Virus record (IMG/VR): IMGVR_UViG_3300035034_001213
Coordinates: 9,034 to 73,033 of that record
DNA length: 64,000 bases
Strand: one strand, 5' to 3'
Source: a virus
A program made the translations under genes and the position numbers. This document shows, in pieces, positions 1-10,722 of the stretch; position 1 is the first letter of the stretch, and each line of letters starts with the position of its first letter. The notes under the pieces were generated by a model, which saw only the letters and a program-made list of their open reading frames with translations, was not told where the DNA came from and searched no databases.

Positions 1-1818
1 GGTGAGTTGATCAATCTCCTTCAAGCGGGGACTCAGAAAGGTCCGATTCGGGTCTTCTTGTTCAACCTCTATGGTCAGAATGGATTTGTGAACCAAGGGT
101 ACACCGATCTGTATGGCTTTGCGATTGAGTATTACCTGTTCCTACGTGCGTCTGGGCAACCCGATATTCAGCGGGCCGTAGACGACACCGTCAAGTGCGA
201 CATTCCTCGGATAATGGCGCAATACCCAGCATTGCAAGGGCTCTTGAACCAACAGCAGATAAACGATCTCAATCAGTTCGTCCAGCTGTCTCAAGCGATC
301 TCTCAGCACATGCAGGCGTTCTACAGCCAACAGATGAATAACCAGAACGCTGGACCTCCTCAATGGGGCGGTCAGTCAAACACGATGAACTCAAACCAGG
401 GACATCGTCCTGGTCCGGCCATGCAGTTTGGCAGTGGTGGTTTTACGGGACACGGCAATACGAATATGGCGCCTGGTGGTGGTGGCGGTCGTCCAGGTGC
501 TGGCGCTTGGTCACAGCCCAACCAACCGATCCAACAAACCACGCGACGTCCCGGTATGAGTGGTCCAAACGCTGGAAGTATGTTGACTCAGCCGAATGGA
601 CCTACGGGTTCGCCCGGCGGTTCTCGCCGTCCCGCTGTAGGCAGTCCAGCAACATCCAGCCTGAATACCAACCCAGGGGTTATACCAGGTGCAGAACAAA
701 AGGGAGATGACATGAGAGTTGTTACAGAAGAGAATCGCCAAATTGGTCATCTGAGCGCCGTTGCTGAGGTAAGAAACCCCACACCTCCCATCGACCGAGA
801 AGTTGAACTAATCTCTTCTGAATACATCCCGGCCCGCACCAAGTCTCAACGGATCGTCAAGGGCGAGAAGAAAGGTAGAGCCGAATACAAACTTGTCGAG
901 ATTGAAGGAAGCCAAATGGAATACAGCGATCACGAAACCAACCCCGACCTGATAGAACTGTCGAGAAAACAAAAGACAGGACCTAAGGTTGGCCCTATAC
1001 CCTCATGGGAAGGTATCTCAATGCCAAGCGAAATCAGCAAAGACGACACACCTGAAAACGTCGACATCTTGTCAGTAGACGAGCCGCTGTATCTTAAAGA
1101 GACAGTAACCTCGTATTCAGTAATGCACGGCCGGTCTCTGGCGATGGAACAATACGACCGACTGAATCTGAGCGGCGACGAACGAATGATCGAGTATTAC
1201 ATCGATCTTCTGACCCCCATCGGCGACAAGTCCCTGGCGGAAAACATTCAGAAGCTACGTGAGACAGTCACCCTGACTGAGCTGGTGGATGTTTTCAATC
1301 TTATGGCTAAAGAAATCGACGCGCGTGTGTGGTACCGTCTGCACGATTTGCTCACCGACGTGCTGCTGCGTCGCCTTCGCGGCGGCCTTGGCATGCGGAT
1401 CAACGTCGATTCAATTACGGACGACTACGATGATCTGATGGACATGCTGGCTAAAGACTATCACACCAACGCGGTGGACCGGTTCAAGCGAAACACCCAC
1501 ATCGCCATCCTGAAAACTTTGAACATGCGTGAGAAAAACAACACGCTTCTTCTGAGCGAGACAATCAGCGTTACCGAACTTCCTTGGACCAGCAATCACA
1601 TCGAGTTGGTTATGGAAGCAAAGTACGTCATGTTGAGTAAAGGAGTTAACGATCAGATGACAGCGGCTATGCTGAAACTGTTCGAGCGGACAAACGTCAA
1701 AGAGTGTAACATGTCTAGGCGTTACGTCGTCACCTTGGACAACGTAGTGATCGAACTGCATCCTGGTGATATGGGAACCAGCACGTTGCTGATTTCCAAA
1801 GGCAATCTTTGCTGCTAA
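1..1818 (+). CDS. Conserved jumbo-phage hypothetical protein, 5'-truncated by the window edge, with a Q/N/G/P-rich low-complexity linker (possibly phiKZ gp122-like)
   Basis: Frame is open from base 1 for more than 600 aa. A folded N-terminal region and a folded C-terminal region flank a disordered Q/G/P segment. Its position upstream of the gp128/portal block matches recalled phiKZ-like synteny. Confidence 0.5.
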   Translation, partial: GELINLLQAGTQKGPIRVFLFNLYGQNGFVNQGYTDLYGFAIEYYLFLRASGQPDIQRAVDDTVKCDIPRIMAQYPALQGLLNQQQINDLNQFVQLSQAISQHMQAFYSQQMNNQNAGPPQWGGQSNTMNSNQGHRPGPAMQFGSGGFTGHGNTNMAPGGGGGRPGAGAWSQPNQPIQQTTRRPGMSGPNAGSMLTQPNGPTGSPGGSRRPAVGSPATSSLNTNPGVIPGAEQKGDDMRVVTEENRQIGHLSAVAEVRNPTPPIDREVELISSEYIPARTKSQRIVKGEKKGRAEYKLVEIEGSQMEYSDHETNPDLIELSRKQKTGPKVGPIPSWEGISMPSEISKDDTPENVDILSVDEPLYLKETVTSYSVMHGRSLAMEQYDRLNLSGDERMIEYYIDLLTPIGDKSLAENIQKLRETVTLTELVDVFNLMAKEIDARVWYRLHDLLTDVLLRRLRGGLGMRINVDSITDDYDDLMDMLAKDYHTNAVDRFKRNTHIAILKTLNMREKNNTLLLSETISVTELPWTSNHIELVMEAKYVMLSKGVNDQMTAAMLKLFERTNVKECNMSRRYVVTLDNVVIELHPGDMGTSTLLISKGNLCC

Positions 1819-1830
1819 CGCGGTATAACT

Positions 1831-1862
1831 GAGGAGGGGCTTCGGCTCCTCCTCTTTTTTTG
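1831..1862 (+). terminator. Rho-independent terminator
   Basis: GAGGAGGGGC-TTCG-GCTCCTCCTC hairpin (cUUCGg loop) followed by a T7 tract. Confidence 0.9.
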
Positions 1863-1905
1863 TTTACGCTTATACATCATCCCATGACACGAGATAACTA
1901 ATGGG

Positions 1906-2286
1906 TTGAGTATGAGTAATTACATAGGCAACGTAGCCATTGTGCTCGGAGACCACGACACAGACGCTATTAAGACCCACCTGCGACGTAACTACGGTTT
2001 AGAGGTGGATACCGTGCAGCATGTAGCGCCTGATGCGCCCTACCGAGGAGAAATCCGAACTGAAGGCAATACCTTGCTCCATGTAGCCACTGAGATCACC
2101 CTCAAGAAGGAGTTGTACGAGTTGAAGTACATTGACTCAACCTTACCCTTAGAGGCCGTAGAGCTTACGAGAGAGGCTCTCAGGAGGTCTAACCTAATTC
2201 TGGTTTTAATGAAAGACGACGAAGGCAGTCTGTGGTATTATCTATACAGCAACTCGTTGTATTCAGAAGAGGAGGATTACTACTAA
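1906..2286 (+). CDS. Hypothetical protein
   Basis: 126 aa ORF after the terminator; its stop is coupled to the next start (TAATG). Confidence 0.7.
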   Translation: MSMSNYIGNVAIVLGDHDTDAIKTHLRRNYGLEVDTVQHVAPDAPYRGEIRTEGNTLLHVATEITLKKELYELKYIDSTLPLEAVELTREALRRSNLILVLMKDDEGSLWYYLYSNSLYSEEEDYY

Positions 2287-2783
2287 TGACGTTTCGTGTC
2301 TTTTATCTCACCTTGCACCCCACTAACCAACCCAGTGGGACAGCCCTCTTTAAACTGACTGACCCAGAGATGGCTCGGTTGGTATTTCCATCGCCTAAGG
2401 AATCCTTGTCTAAGCTGGAATTACAAACTCGATTCGATGGTCTGATTTCCGCAGCTCGGGCGTTAGACGTCGACGTTGTCGTTGCTAATCCCCCAGAAGA
2501 ATATCGGGAGATGTTTGAGTTGAGTATGGCGGCTGCGGGTTTGATTGTGGTCTATGAAGATCATCAAATCCTCAAAGACGGTACCTTATTTAAAGTGGGG
2601 TATCGACTGGCGTCTGTTGTTCCTGGTTCACCCCCCACCCCTAAGTTGGAAAATCTGTACGACGATTGGATCAACACCGTCTACAGCAAACTCACCGAAC
2701 AGAACTTAGTAAAGGTCGTCGACCCATGGCAAACATACCTGCATCAGAAATTGCGAGAAATGTATCAGCCCCCACTACACTGA
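2286..2783 (+). CDS. Hypothetical protein
   Basis: ATG at 2286 overlaps the previous stop; GGAGG lies upstream. Confidence 0.7.
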   Translation: MTFRVFYLTLHPTNQPSGTALFKLTDPEMARLVFPSPKESLSKLELQTRFDGLISAARALDVDVVVANPPEEYREMFELSMAAAGLIVVYEDHQILKDGTLFKVGYRLASVVPGSPPTPKLENLYDDWINTVYSKLTEQNLVKVVDPWQTYLHQKLREMYQPPLH

Positions 2784-2797
2784 ACGGAACTACCTTT

Positions 2798-3094
2798 ATG
2801 CCGGTGGTGGTTTTACTCCACGTCATCTGTGACAACGTTCTTATCCGTCAACTCAAAGCGCAGTTGAGCGCCGAGAACACCGTCCGTCTTGTTCAAGAAG
2901 ACGACCAAGTTGTTTCTGAACTGGTTTATTTTGTCAACGGGACTCTGAGCAATTTCAATTGGGATTACGTTCAGCTGATCGGTTCTGATGGAAGTCCTCT
3001 GAAACACATCGGTAACCCACAGCGACTTAGAGAAGGGTGCGGACATCCCCGTTTAAAGGCCCGCTTGTTAACTTACTTCCGACCCGCCATATAA
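2798..3094 (+). CDS. Hypothetical protein
   Basis: Fills the gap in the operon; start moved to ATG 2798. Confidence 0.55.
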   Translation: MPVVVLLHVICDNVLIRQLKAQLSAENTVRLVQEDDQVVSELVYFVNGTLSNFNWDYVQLIGSDGSPLKHIGNPQRLREGCGHPRLKARLLTYFRPAI

Positions 3095-3103
3095 GGAAAG
3101 CGT

Positions 3104-3499
3104 ATGACTGCGTTGATTAGAATGTACATTATTCACGCTGATCGCCCTACCGATGAGGTTAAACGCCGCCTGTTTCAGCAAAGTGGCTTCTACCCAGATA
3201 GGACCTATCAAATCTCAGATCAGAACAACGAACCGCCAACGCCATCACTGTGTCGATCGATCATGAGACAACACCTCGAGAAACGACACATTTTGATCCA
3301 CAATAAAGACGTACCGACAAACCTTGGATCGCTTACTCTTAAGGAAGTTCACCAATTGATTCGATATTCCTTTGGGTACAAGAACATTCCAAAGGAGCTG
3401 TTTCACTCAGATCACGTCGAGTTGATTGACGTAGGTCACGTCGATGGTCGCCTGCACGATTGTCGAGAATTCTATAGCAGTAACGTCAAGTCTGAATAA
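3104..3499 (+). CDS. Hypothetical protein
   Basis: 131 aa ORF with an AAGGA RBS. Confidence 0.7.
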   Translation: MTALIRMYIIHADRPTDEVKRRLFQQSGFYPDRTYQISDQNNEPPTPSLCRSIMRQHLEKRHILIHNKDVPTNLGSLTLKEVHQLIRYSFGYKNIPKELFHSDHVELIDVGHVDGRLHDCREFYSSNVKSE

Positions 3500-3534
3500 G
3501 AGGAGGCCAGAAGGCCTCCTCTATATTTTTTTTT
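3499..3534. terminator. Terminator between convergent genes
   Basis: AGAGGAGGCC-AGAA-GGCCTCCTCT hairpin plus a T tract. Confidence 0.85.
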
Positions 3535-3537
3535 GCT

Positions 3538-4368
3538 TTAATTGTAAACAAAAACCAGTCGACCAGCGTACGCCGTACACTCTTCTGACAGTTCAATCAC
3601 ACACACATACGCGTAGGTGTGATCGCCCGTGTAGTAGACGCCGTCGTTCGCTCCGTTATAACTAACGACCGATCCAGCCAGGTTATTGTCCCCTGGAGTT
3701 TGAAGGTCAACATACCAGTAAGGTCGCCGGTTCAAAGTAGGAATGTACTCCCCTTCAACACCGTCGGCCCCTATCACGTCGCCTACTTCGAGTGCCGCCA
3801 GCTTATCCTTTACGTCCGTGGCGTGTATCGATCCAAATCGTATCTCCGCCACCGCTCGGGTGGTATCCAACGACGCCGGATACACCAAGTCTGTGTAGGT
3901 TCCTGACACGATCACTGTATCTAACTCAGCCGGTGGAGTCAGCAGATCAACATAGAGCTGCCCCGTCCACATCAAAGACTCAGGTCGAGTCCGGATTGCG
4001 ATCGGACCGATGTACCCAATGGAAAACGATTCATCGTGAACGTCGTCCTCTGTAAGAGCCAGTCGATACTTGGCGTTCAGCGCAGGAAGCAGTTCGTGAA
4101 CCGACGCCGTCAGTGGTGCTGAGACCTGCATCTCAATGCCCGCTGTCAACGATCCAATGTCCTGACGCCTCACTCGAATCTGAGTGGACCCACTAAATCG
4201 ATCTGGATCGCTGGACTGAACGGTCACCAAAACGTCGTTGCTTCCAGTGATGGTGTCTACAGGACCAAAAATCAGATCGGTAGCCGAAAAGGCCAGTCCT
4301 AACTTGAGATTGAGCTGTCTAGTTAGGTAGGCCTCTGCCTTTTGTTGATAAGGAAAGATGTTAGACAT
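3538..4368 (-). CDS. Putative virion structural protein (phiKZ-like baseplate/tail-associated paralog family)
   Basis: Motifs LPALNAKYRLALTEDDV and PESLMWTGQL resemble a recalled phiKZ-like virion family. Coupled to the upstream structural gene. Confidence 0.55.
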   Translation of the reverse strand: MSNIFPYQQKAEAYLTRQLNLKLGLAFSATDLIFGPVDTITGSNDVLVTVQSSDPDRFSGSTQIRVRRQDIGSLTAGIEMQVSAPLTASVHELLPALNAKYRLALTEDDVHDESFSIGYIGPIAIRTRPESLMWTGQLYVDLLTPPAELDTVIVSGTYTDLVYPASLDTTRAVAEIRFGSIHATDVKDKLAALEVGDVIGADGVEGEYIPTLNRRPYWYVDLQTPGDNNLAGSVVSYNGANDGVYYTGDHTYAYVCVIELSEECTAYAGRLVFVYN

Positions 4369-6448
4369 TACTTGCGTCCTGTCGGATTACACCCGCGCCT
4401 TTAATGTTCACGTTGAAGTGAGCCACCACGTTTTGGGTCATCTCAATAGTTGTACCCAAATCAATAGTGGCTTTTCCAAGTCCTTTAGAGGCACTGAGTC
4501 GGATGGGTCGTACCCCAGCCCGCCGGTCGAAATTGCTACGGTGAGTTTTCATGGCGGTGGTGATAGGTTGCACTCGATGGATGTCGACTGGGAATCCCGT
4601 ACGAGACGTGGAATCTAAGTCCGATACCCTCGGCATAACCGTATCCAAGATACGATACGACGTACTGTTGATGCTTTGTAAATACTGAACGCTGTAGCTT
4701 GAGAGTCTACCCATCAGATCCAACATAGATTCCTGAAGTTGAGCGAGAGCACTGGCGTTTCCTATTTCTTCACCAGTGACGCCCGTCAGGATGTTGTTAG
4801 CCAACAGATCCAGATCCAAGCTGCCCAATTGAGAGAAATCAAATCCCCGCTCTTGAAACCAAACGTCGTACGGTGTTCCTGCGTCCAGATCGCACGGCAC
4901 GTCGTAGTAACAAAAGCTTGCAGCCCCTTCCGCCATACCTCGTGAGGGATGGTCTTCTGGGATTGCATACATTCCCCGCTGGTAGTTCTGAGCGTATTGC
5001 AAGTCACTGCAGAATTCCCGAAACGCAGAGATAGACACGTACACCCCCATGGCTGGTTGGAACTCCAGCAGTTTGGCGAGGTAGACGTCGTTCAACCGAT
5101 CGGAGTTAACCAGAACCCTTAGATCCTGAACCGTCGGTAGAATGGGTTTACGAACCCGGTTGGCCATCAGCATTGGGATGGTAGGGAGGTCAAACCCACG
5201 AGCCTTGTTAAAGGCGTATAGGAAGATCACAAACGCTTCTTTCGCAGTGAGCGGTAGGGCAACCCCAGTGGTTGGATCGGAGACGTTCACAACCGCTAAG
5301 AAGCGATTGGTGGACGCCATGTACAACCAATGATTCAACAGAATGTCTTCCTTGGTGTAAGGCACGCTGTCGGTGGTGTCCAACAGAGCCGATTCAAACA
5401 CCTTAGTGGGCAATCGATTGATCTGTGAGTGTTGCATAGTCCGAACCACGTCGTCTAGAACTTCATAGTGACGATCGTAGTTTGACCGAGCAACCCCGTA
5501 CTGTTTGGTCATGACCTCGTCAACGGTCCGGCGATTACTGCTGCCGTCGCCTGGATGGTCATTCAACGACTCGCGCCGCATTTCAATCTCTGGGTACAGC
5601 GTCTCCAGCTGTTCGAAATCGTCGTGCAGCATGTCGTACCGAGCCAACGGAAGGTTACGTTCGTTGATGATCCGTTCAAGTAGGGTGTTGAACGTCTGCT
5701 GCATCCCAGCGTTGCGTTGCAGGTAGTTGATGTTCCGATACAAGAACAGTGCCTGCTTCAAAGTCATCTGAGGCAGGTAGACGTCCAGTCCACCATGACT
5801 GGCCAAATATTCTCGGATGTGGAAACTGTGCGCTTCTTCAGTCAGACACGCTTCCAGCCGCAGGTTTAGAATCTCAACCGGTAAGTTGACAAACAAGATG
5901 CCCATTTGCGCAGCGGTGTAGTAGTCGTCTGTGACGCCGTACCCAGGCACTGTCCAACGAGACATGAACGCATGCACCCAGCGCTGCAGTTTTGGAATGA
6001 GGCTCATTTCCTGAGATTCAACCAGCAGTTTGTCATAATGCAATATGTCGCCGTCTCTGGCAGCGATCGCTGCGTCCAAGTCCACGGGGTTGAGAATCCC
6101 GAGGATTAAAGATTCTTGTTCAGGATAGCGGGCAACCAAGTCACGATAGTATCGAGAACCGTACACGTAGGCGTTGGCAGTGGCTCGATAAACTTGAAGG
6201 TTTTCTCGAGTAAACTCGATCTCCTCCAACGTGTCCATAGAGATAACTGTCATCATCGTATCTGTAGGATGATACAGCCCTGCTAAATTCCTATAGTACT
6301 TCCACGTTCGTGGATCGCTACTTGAAGCATTGCCAAACACTTCCAGTTCGGCGTTGATGGTTTCGGCAGCGACTTCAGACTTAATCACCATCGTTTTGGC
6401 CAGGGTCATTACCTGACTCACAAAGATACGATAGTAAGTGCTAGACAT
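4361..6448 (-). CDS. Virion structural protein, phiKZ gp128-like
   Basis: 695 aa, divergently transcribed from the portal-like gene. N-terminal WKYYRNLAGLYHPTD motif matches recalled phiKZ-like homologs. Confidence 0.65.
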   Translation of the reverse strand: MSSTYYRIFVSQVMTLAKTMVIKSEVAAETINAELEVFGNASSSDPRTWKYYRNLAGLYHPTDTMMTVISMDTLEEIEFTRENLQVYRATANAYVYGSRYYRDLVARYPEQESLILGILNPVDLDAAIAARDGDILHYDKLLVESQEMSLIPKLQRWVHAFMSRWTVPGYGVTDDYYTAAQMGILFVNLPVEILNLRLEACLTEEAHSFHIREYLASHGGLDVYLPQMTLKQALFLYRNINYLQRNAGMQQTFNTLLERIINERNLPLARYDMLHDDFEQLETLYPEIEMRRESLNDHPGDGSSNRRTVDEVMTKQYGVARSNYDRHYEVLDDVVRTMQHSQINRLPTKVFESALLDTTDSVPYTKEDILLNHWLYMASTNRFLAVVNVSDPTTGVALPLTAKEAFVIFLYAFNKARGFDLPTIPMLMANRVRKPILPTVQDLRVLVNSDRLNDVYLAKLLEFQPAMGVYVSISAFREFCSDLQYAQNYQRGMYAIPEDHPSRGMAEGAASFCYYDVPCDLDAGTPYDVWFQERGFDFSQLGSLDLDLLANNILTGVTGEEIGNASALAQLQESMLDLMGRLSSYSVQYLQSINSTSYRILDTVMPRVSDLDSTSRTGFPVDIHRVQPITTAMKTHRSNFDRRAGVRPIRLSASKGLGKATIDLGTTIEMTQNVVAHFNVNIKGAGVIRQDASNV

Positions 6449-6474
6449 GACAACTCTCCGGAGGATGGGGTTTT

Positions 6475-9165
6475 ATGGAGAAAAATGATAAACAACGCCG
6501 GGTCGACTTCGACTCGCGCGCCAAGCGTCAGCATGCGGTGGTCAGTAAGATTGTTACTGATAAGACCCGGGCGCAAGGATACGATGGAGAAGGTAATCGC
6601 AAGCCGATTACGCCACCACGTTCAGTACTAAACGCGGTTTCCGATAGAACTGCGAGTGTGACCCGAGACATCGAGTCAATGGAACAGTTGCTTCCGGACA
6701 TTGAGCTTGCCGCTCAGATTCTGGTCAGTAGCATTCTGTCACCCAAAGACATGGGTGCACCAAACCTGAACTTCACCTACACGACAACCTTTGAAAACGA
6801 AGACTTGGGCGGCAAACTGTTGAAGGTGGTCTCTGACTACTTCACAGAGGACTATAGGATTAACGAGCAGCTGTCGGAAATTCTACACGACATTTTGTTC
6901 CGTAAAGGGTCCTATCCTCGCATGATCATTCCCGAATCCAGTCTCGATCAGATCATCAACGATCGCGGTCGAGTTTCAATGGAGTCTATCCGGCCGTTTG
7001 TTAACGCAGACGACATGTCGGTTTCGAACTTGGGACTTCTTGGTGACTCCACCAAACAAGGTCGGGAGAAGACGGTCGGCAAAGACGACTCCAAGCTCAG
7101 TATGGAATCTTTGTTTGGAACAATCCACGGTACTGGGAGAAACGTTCCCAAGTACAGCGCGATCATGAGTACTATCACAGTGATCGACAACCCCGATGCG
7201 GTTAAGATGCCGAATCTCTATCGAAAGATCAGCAGCGATAAAACAACCAGTACGCTGGCCAGTCGCTTCATGACGCTCGAAGCCCGTCGTAAAGACGAGA
7301 AAGAGAAGAAGCAGAAGAAACGCAACGAACAAGCGCGGGAAAAAGCGATCGACTACGGAAAAAACGACCGAGCCATCGAGCGAAACATGGATAGCGGTCG
7401 TGCTCACGAAATGGAACCGGTGGTTGAATTGAGAACCAAGTACAACTCAGATCGGGAAATGATTGGTCACCCGATGGTGGTGCATCTGTCTACCGAAGCA
7501 GTCATCCCAGCCCACATCCCATCGAACCCAAAAGAACACATTGGGTACTTCGTGTTGTTGGATCAGTTTGGCAATCCCATCAGTACTTCTACTGCCACAG
7601 ACCACTACCGCGATTTGCAAGCCTCGTTTCAAAGCACCGGTCAAGAAAATCAAGTAACGGCTGTGTTGAAAGAACTGCGTGGTAATGCCGATCTCGGTGA
7701 CGGTGGGCAGTCTACGGTTCAGTCCATTCACGAAGCAACCACCGCGTTCGCTGATGTGATTGAGCGGAACCTCTTGGATCGGATGCGCAAAGGCATGGGT
7801 CACGACTCCATTGAGTTGGCTCGTCCTAATGACGTGTATCAGATCATGTTGTGGCGGACCATGCAGCGTAAGCACACGCAGATGTTGTATGTGCCTGCGG
7901 AACTGATGTCCTACATGGCTTTCTACTACAACAACCAAGGGGTGGGTAAGTCCCTGCTGGAAGAGTCTCGCATTCTGGGCAGTATTCGAGTGATGCTGAT
8001 GTTTGCCAACACCATGGCATCGATCCGTAACTCCACGTCTCGTACCGAGTTGGGCATTCAGTTAGATCCGAACGATACCGATCCCATGAGCACGATCGAT
8101 CAAGTGCGCGACGCGTTCATGCGGTCCCGGTCGGAACAGTACCCTTTAGGCGAGGGCGATCCGGCGGCGGTTGTCAAGTACTTGCAACAGTCGGGGGTAG
8201 ATGTGGTCTACTCAGGTCACCCGGGTTTGCCAGAGATGCGGGTTGAGACCAATGAACGATCACCCGGTAAGGTGTTGATGGATCGAGACCTGGAAGAGAA
8301 CCTAAGACATCAGCACATCATGTCCTTGGGCCTTTCTCCTGAGACGGTCGACACCAGCACGGGGATTGACTTTGCGACCACTTTGGTCAACTCAAGTCTT
8401 CTGTTGTCAAAACGAGTCGCGTTGTATCAGCGCGGGTTTGAAGACATGCAGAACGACTTCGTTCGTAAGTACACGCAGAACTCCGAGACTCTGATCACCA
8501 AACTGTTGGCGGCGATCGACGAACATGGCGACGCCGATGCGAAGAACGAACCCATGGACACGGTGGATGCGTTCATTGCGGCAATGGATGTGGAGTTGCC
8601 GAAGCCAGACTCTGCAACCTTGGAAACTCAGATGGAGTCTTTCCGCTCGTACAGCGATGCGTTGGACATGGCGATGGATGCGTGGATCTCTGACGAGTTT
8701 GCCATCTTGGATGCCGAAGGTGATGTGGCTCAGTATCTGCGGGAAATGCGTTCGGCGGTGAAAGCGCATTACCAGCGTCGTTGGCTGCGTGAGAACAACG
8801 TCTTACCAGAACTCGAAGAGATCACCGAGATGACCGAAGGCGGTGATGCGGTGTACAACTTCGCTGAGTCGCAAGGCAAACACATGGAAGCAGTCTTGAA
8901 GTCCATGCACGACTATCTGGAGAAAGCCAAGACAGCAGCTACCAAGCGGAACGAAAAGCTCGACGACCAGCAGAAAGAACTCGGCGAACACGCACCGGGC
9001 GCTGACGGCATGAGCAGCAGTGGTGGCTTTGGTGACGACTCTGGGGGCTTTGGTGAAGATACATCAGACGACTCTGCAGGATTCGGTGAAGAACCAGCTG
9101 CGGACGATGCGAGTGGATCGGACGACGGACTGGGCGACTTCGGAGACTTCCCAGATATCCCATAA
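6475..9165 (+). CDS. Portal protein, phiKZ gp129-like
   Basis: 896 aa with QLLPDIELAAQILVSSILSPKDM, EAVIPAHIPSNPKEHIGYFVLLD and LGLSPETVD motifs and an acidic Gly-rich tail. Synteny with gp128-like and gp139-like genes fits. Confidence 0.75.
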   Translation: MEKNDKQRRVDFDSRAKRQHAVVSKIVTDKTRAQGYDGEGNRKPITPPRSVLNAVSDRTASVTRDIESMEQLLPDIELAAQILVSSILSPKDMGAPNLNFTYTTTFENEDLGGKLLKVVSDYFTEDYRINEQLSEILHDILFRKGSYPRMIIPESSLDQIINDRGRVSMESIRPFVNADDMSVSNLGLLGDSTKQGREKTVGKDDSKLSMESLFGTIHGTGRNVPKYSAIMSTITVIDNPDAVKMPNLYRKISSDKTTSTLASRFMTLEARRKDEKEKKQKKRNEQAREKAIDYGKNDRAIERNMDSGRAHEMEPVVELRTKYNSDREMIGHPMVVHLSTEAVIPAHIPSNPKEHIGYFVLLDQFGNPISTSTATDHYRDLQASFQSTGQENQVTAVLKELRGNADLGDGGQSTVQSIHEATTAFADVIERNLLDRMRKGMGHDSIELARPNDVYQIMLWRTMQRKHTQMLYVPAELMSYMAFYYNNQGVGKSLLEESRILGSIRVMLMFANTMASIRNSTSRTELGIQLDPNDTDPMSTIDQVRDAFMRSRSEQYPLGEGDPAAVVKYLQQSGVDVVYSGHPGLPEMRVETNERSPGKVLMDRDLEENLRHQHIMSLGLSPETVDTSTGIDFATTLVNSSLLLSKRVALYQRGFEDMQNDFVRKYTQNSETLITKLLAAIDEHGDADAKNEPMDTVDAFIAAMDVELPKPDSATLETQMESFRSYSDALDMAMDAWISDEFAILDAEGDVAQYLREMRSAVKAHYQRRWLRENNVLPELEEITEMTEGGDAVYNFAESQGKHMEAVLKSMHDYLEKAKTAATKRNEKLDDQQKELGEHAPGADGMSSSGGFGDDSGGFGEDTSDDSAGFGEEPAADDASGSDDGLGDFGDFPDIP

Positions 9166-9241
9166 GCGTTAACGTGAAAGGCAGGGTCGAATGTTATGAT
9201 CCTGCCTTTCTTTTCTCTTTTTCAGTAAGGAACACTCACCT

Positions 9242-10093
9242 ATGCGTAATGTAACACGTACCGTGTACGGGGCGGCGATGCAGACCGCGATGTACATCGG
9301 CAAGTCGTATCAAGTTCAGGAAAACAGCACCCTGAACGAGAAGTTTGGTATTCAGGCGAATACCTTACCCAGCGCCGAAGAACGCCACGCGGTCCGTTAC
9401 TTTTGTATCGGTAATGGCGGTCACCGAGCCATCGTTGGTGCGGAAGGTCTCTCGTACACAACCCCCAATCACCACGAAGCCACTGACGCGGCGTGTTTCA
9501 ATCATTTGCCGTTTGTGCTTCGGGAAGTCACTGACGATTTGACCCAAGAACAGCGGGCGAAATACGGCCTGCGCCGGGAAGAGCAACACAACGGTCGTCA
9601 GTACTTTGCTTACTACGGTAAACGCCTGACACTGGACGCCGTTGAAGTGAACATGCAAAAGACTACGGTGGATGGGAACAATCAGACCTCCGAGCCTTTT
9701 GTACCGACCTCGTCTAACCTGAACCCTGAGCCCCTCGCAGGTACAGATCAGGAAACCAACGTCATTGAAGCTTCGGGCGAATACGTGTCGGGCAGTGCGG
9801 TCGTGACGATTGATTTCACAGCCGCCGATGCAGAAGAGCTGCGGAACGTGGCTTTGATCGTCTACGGCGACGAGAAGTACGCGGTCATTTCTGAGATAGC
9901 TCTGGTAGGTGGTGTGGATCGTGTAGTCACAGGCCCAGGCCCAGGCAACAACACCATTAACTACAATGAAGTCATTTCCGCTCAGGCGACCACCTTCATT
10001 GCGTCTTACTATCAATTGGACATGCAGAACAACGGCTTCACCTTCACCGCAGACGTGGGTGTGACGGAACCTCTGTACGCCATCAGCGAGTAA
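9242..10093 (+). CDS. Virion structural protein, phiKZ gp139-like
   Basis: NSTLNEKFGI, YFCIGNGGH and HLPFVLRE motifs; lies just upstream of the RuvC-like gene as in phiKZ-like phages. Confidence 0.7.
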   Translation: MRNVTRTVYGAAMQTAMYIGKSYQVQENSTLNEKFGIQANTLPSAEERHAVRYFCIGNGGHRAIVGAEGLSYTTPNHHEATDAACFNHLPFVLREVTDDLTQEQRAKYGLRREEQHNGRQYFAYYGKRLTLDAVEVNMQKTTVDGNNQTSEPFVPTSSNLNPEPLAGTDQETNVIEASGEYVSGSAVVTIDFTAADAEELRNVALIVYGDEKYAVISEIALVGGVDRVVTGPGPGNNTINYNEVISAQATTFIASYYQLDMQNNGFTFTADVGVTEPLYAISE

Positions 10094-10098
10094 CGCGT

Positions 10099-10704
10099 AT
10101 GTTGATCGTACCCGACAGTGATGATCGGTTACGCATCGTCAGTTTTGATCCTGGCACCGACACCTTAGGCAGTAGTGTTTTAGAACTGAACGTTCGAACA
10201 CTGCAGTTGACGGTGTTGGATGCTCAGACATTTGTGTCACGTCGTCCGATTCGATATCGCCCTGGATATCAACGAATCGAAGAGATCTACGGCGACCGGC
10301 TTGCACGGTTGTCCAGTCATCGACAGGCCGTGATGGGCCACTTGCATCGTTGGCAGCCTCATGTCGTTGCGTGTGAATCTCCGTTCATGGGGATGCGCGC
10401 TCAAGCGTTTGAGGCATTGATCGAATGCGTCAACGTGATACGCTGGGCGGTGCATGACTTTGACCCGACGGTTCCTGTAGAAATGATCACTCCACCTCAG
10501 GCTAAGAAAACGGTGGGGGCGTCTTTTAAAGGGTCCGATAAAAACGACGTTCGATTAGGTATACAAAGTCTCTTCGAGAAATCCAACGGACAACTGGTCT
10601 ATCGGGCGTACCAGCCCTTTGATCAAATCGACGAGCACAGCATCGATGCAATCGCTGTTGGTGTCTGTCATTACCAACAGTGGGTCGAGTTCCTCACCCA
10701 CTGA
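10099..10704 (+). CDS. ruvC: RuvC-like Holliday junction resolvase
   Basis: RNase H-fold acidic motifs: IVSFDPGTDTLG, VACESPF, DEHSIDAIAVG. Confidence 0.85.
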   Translation: MLIVPDSDDRLRIVSFDPGTDTLGSSVLELNVRTLQLTVLDAQTFVSRRPIRYRPGYQRIEEIYGDRLARLSSHRQAVMGHLHRWQPHVVACESPFMGMRAQAFEALIECVNVIRWAVHDFDPTVPVEMITPPQAKKTVGASFKGSDKNDVRLGIQSLFEKSNGQLVYRAYQPFDQIDEHSIDAIAVGVCHYQQWVEFLTH

Positions 10705-10722
10705 TTTAATCAGGGGGTACCG

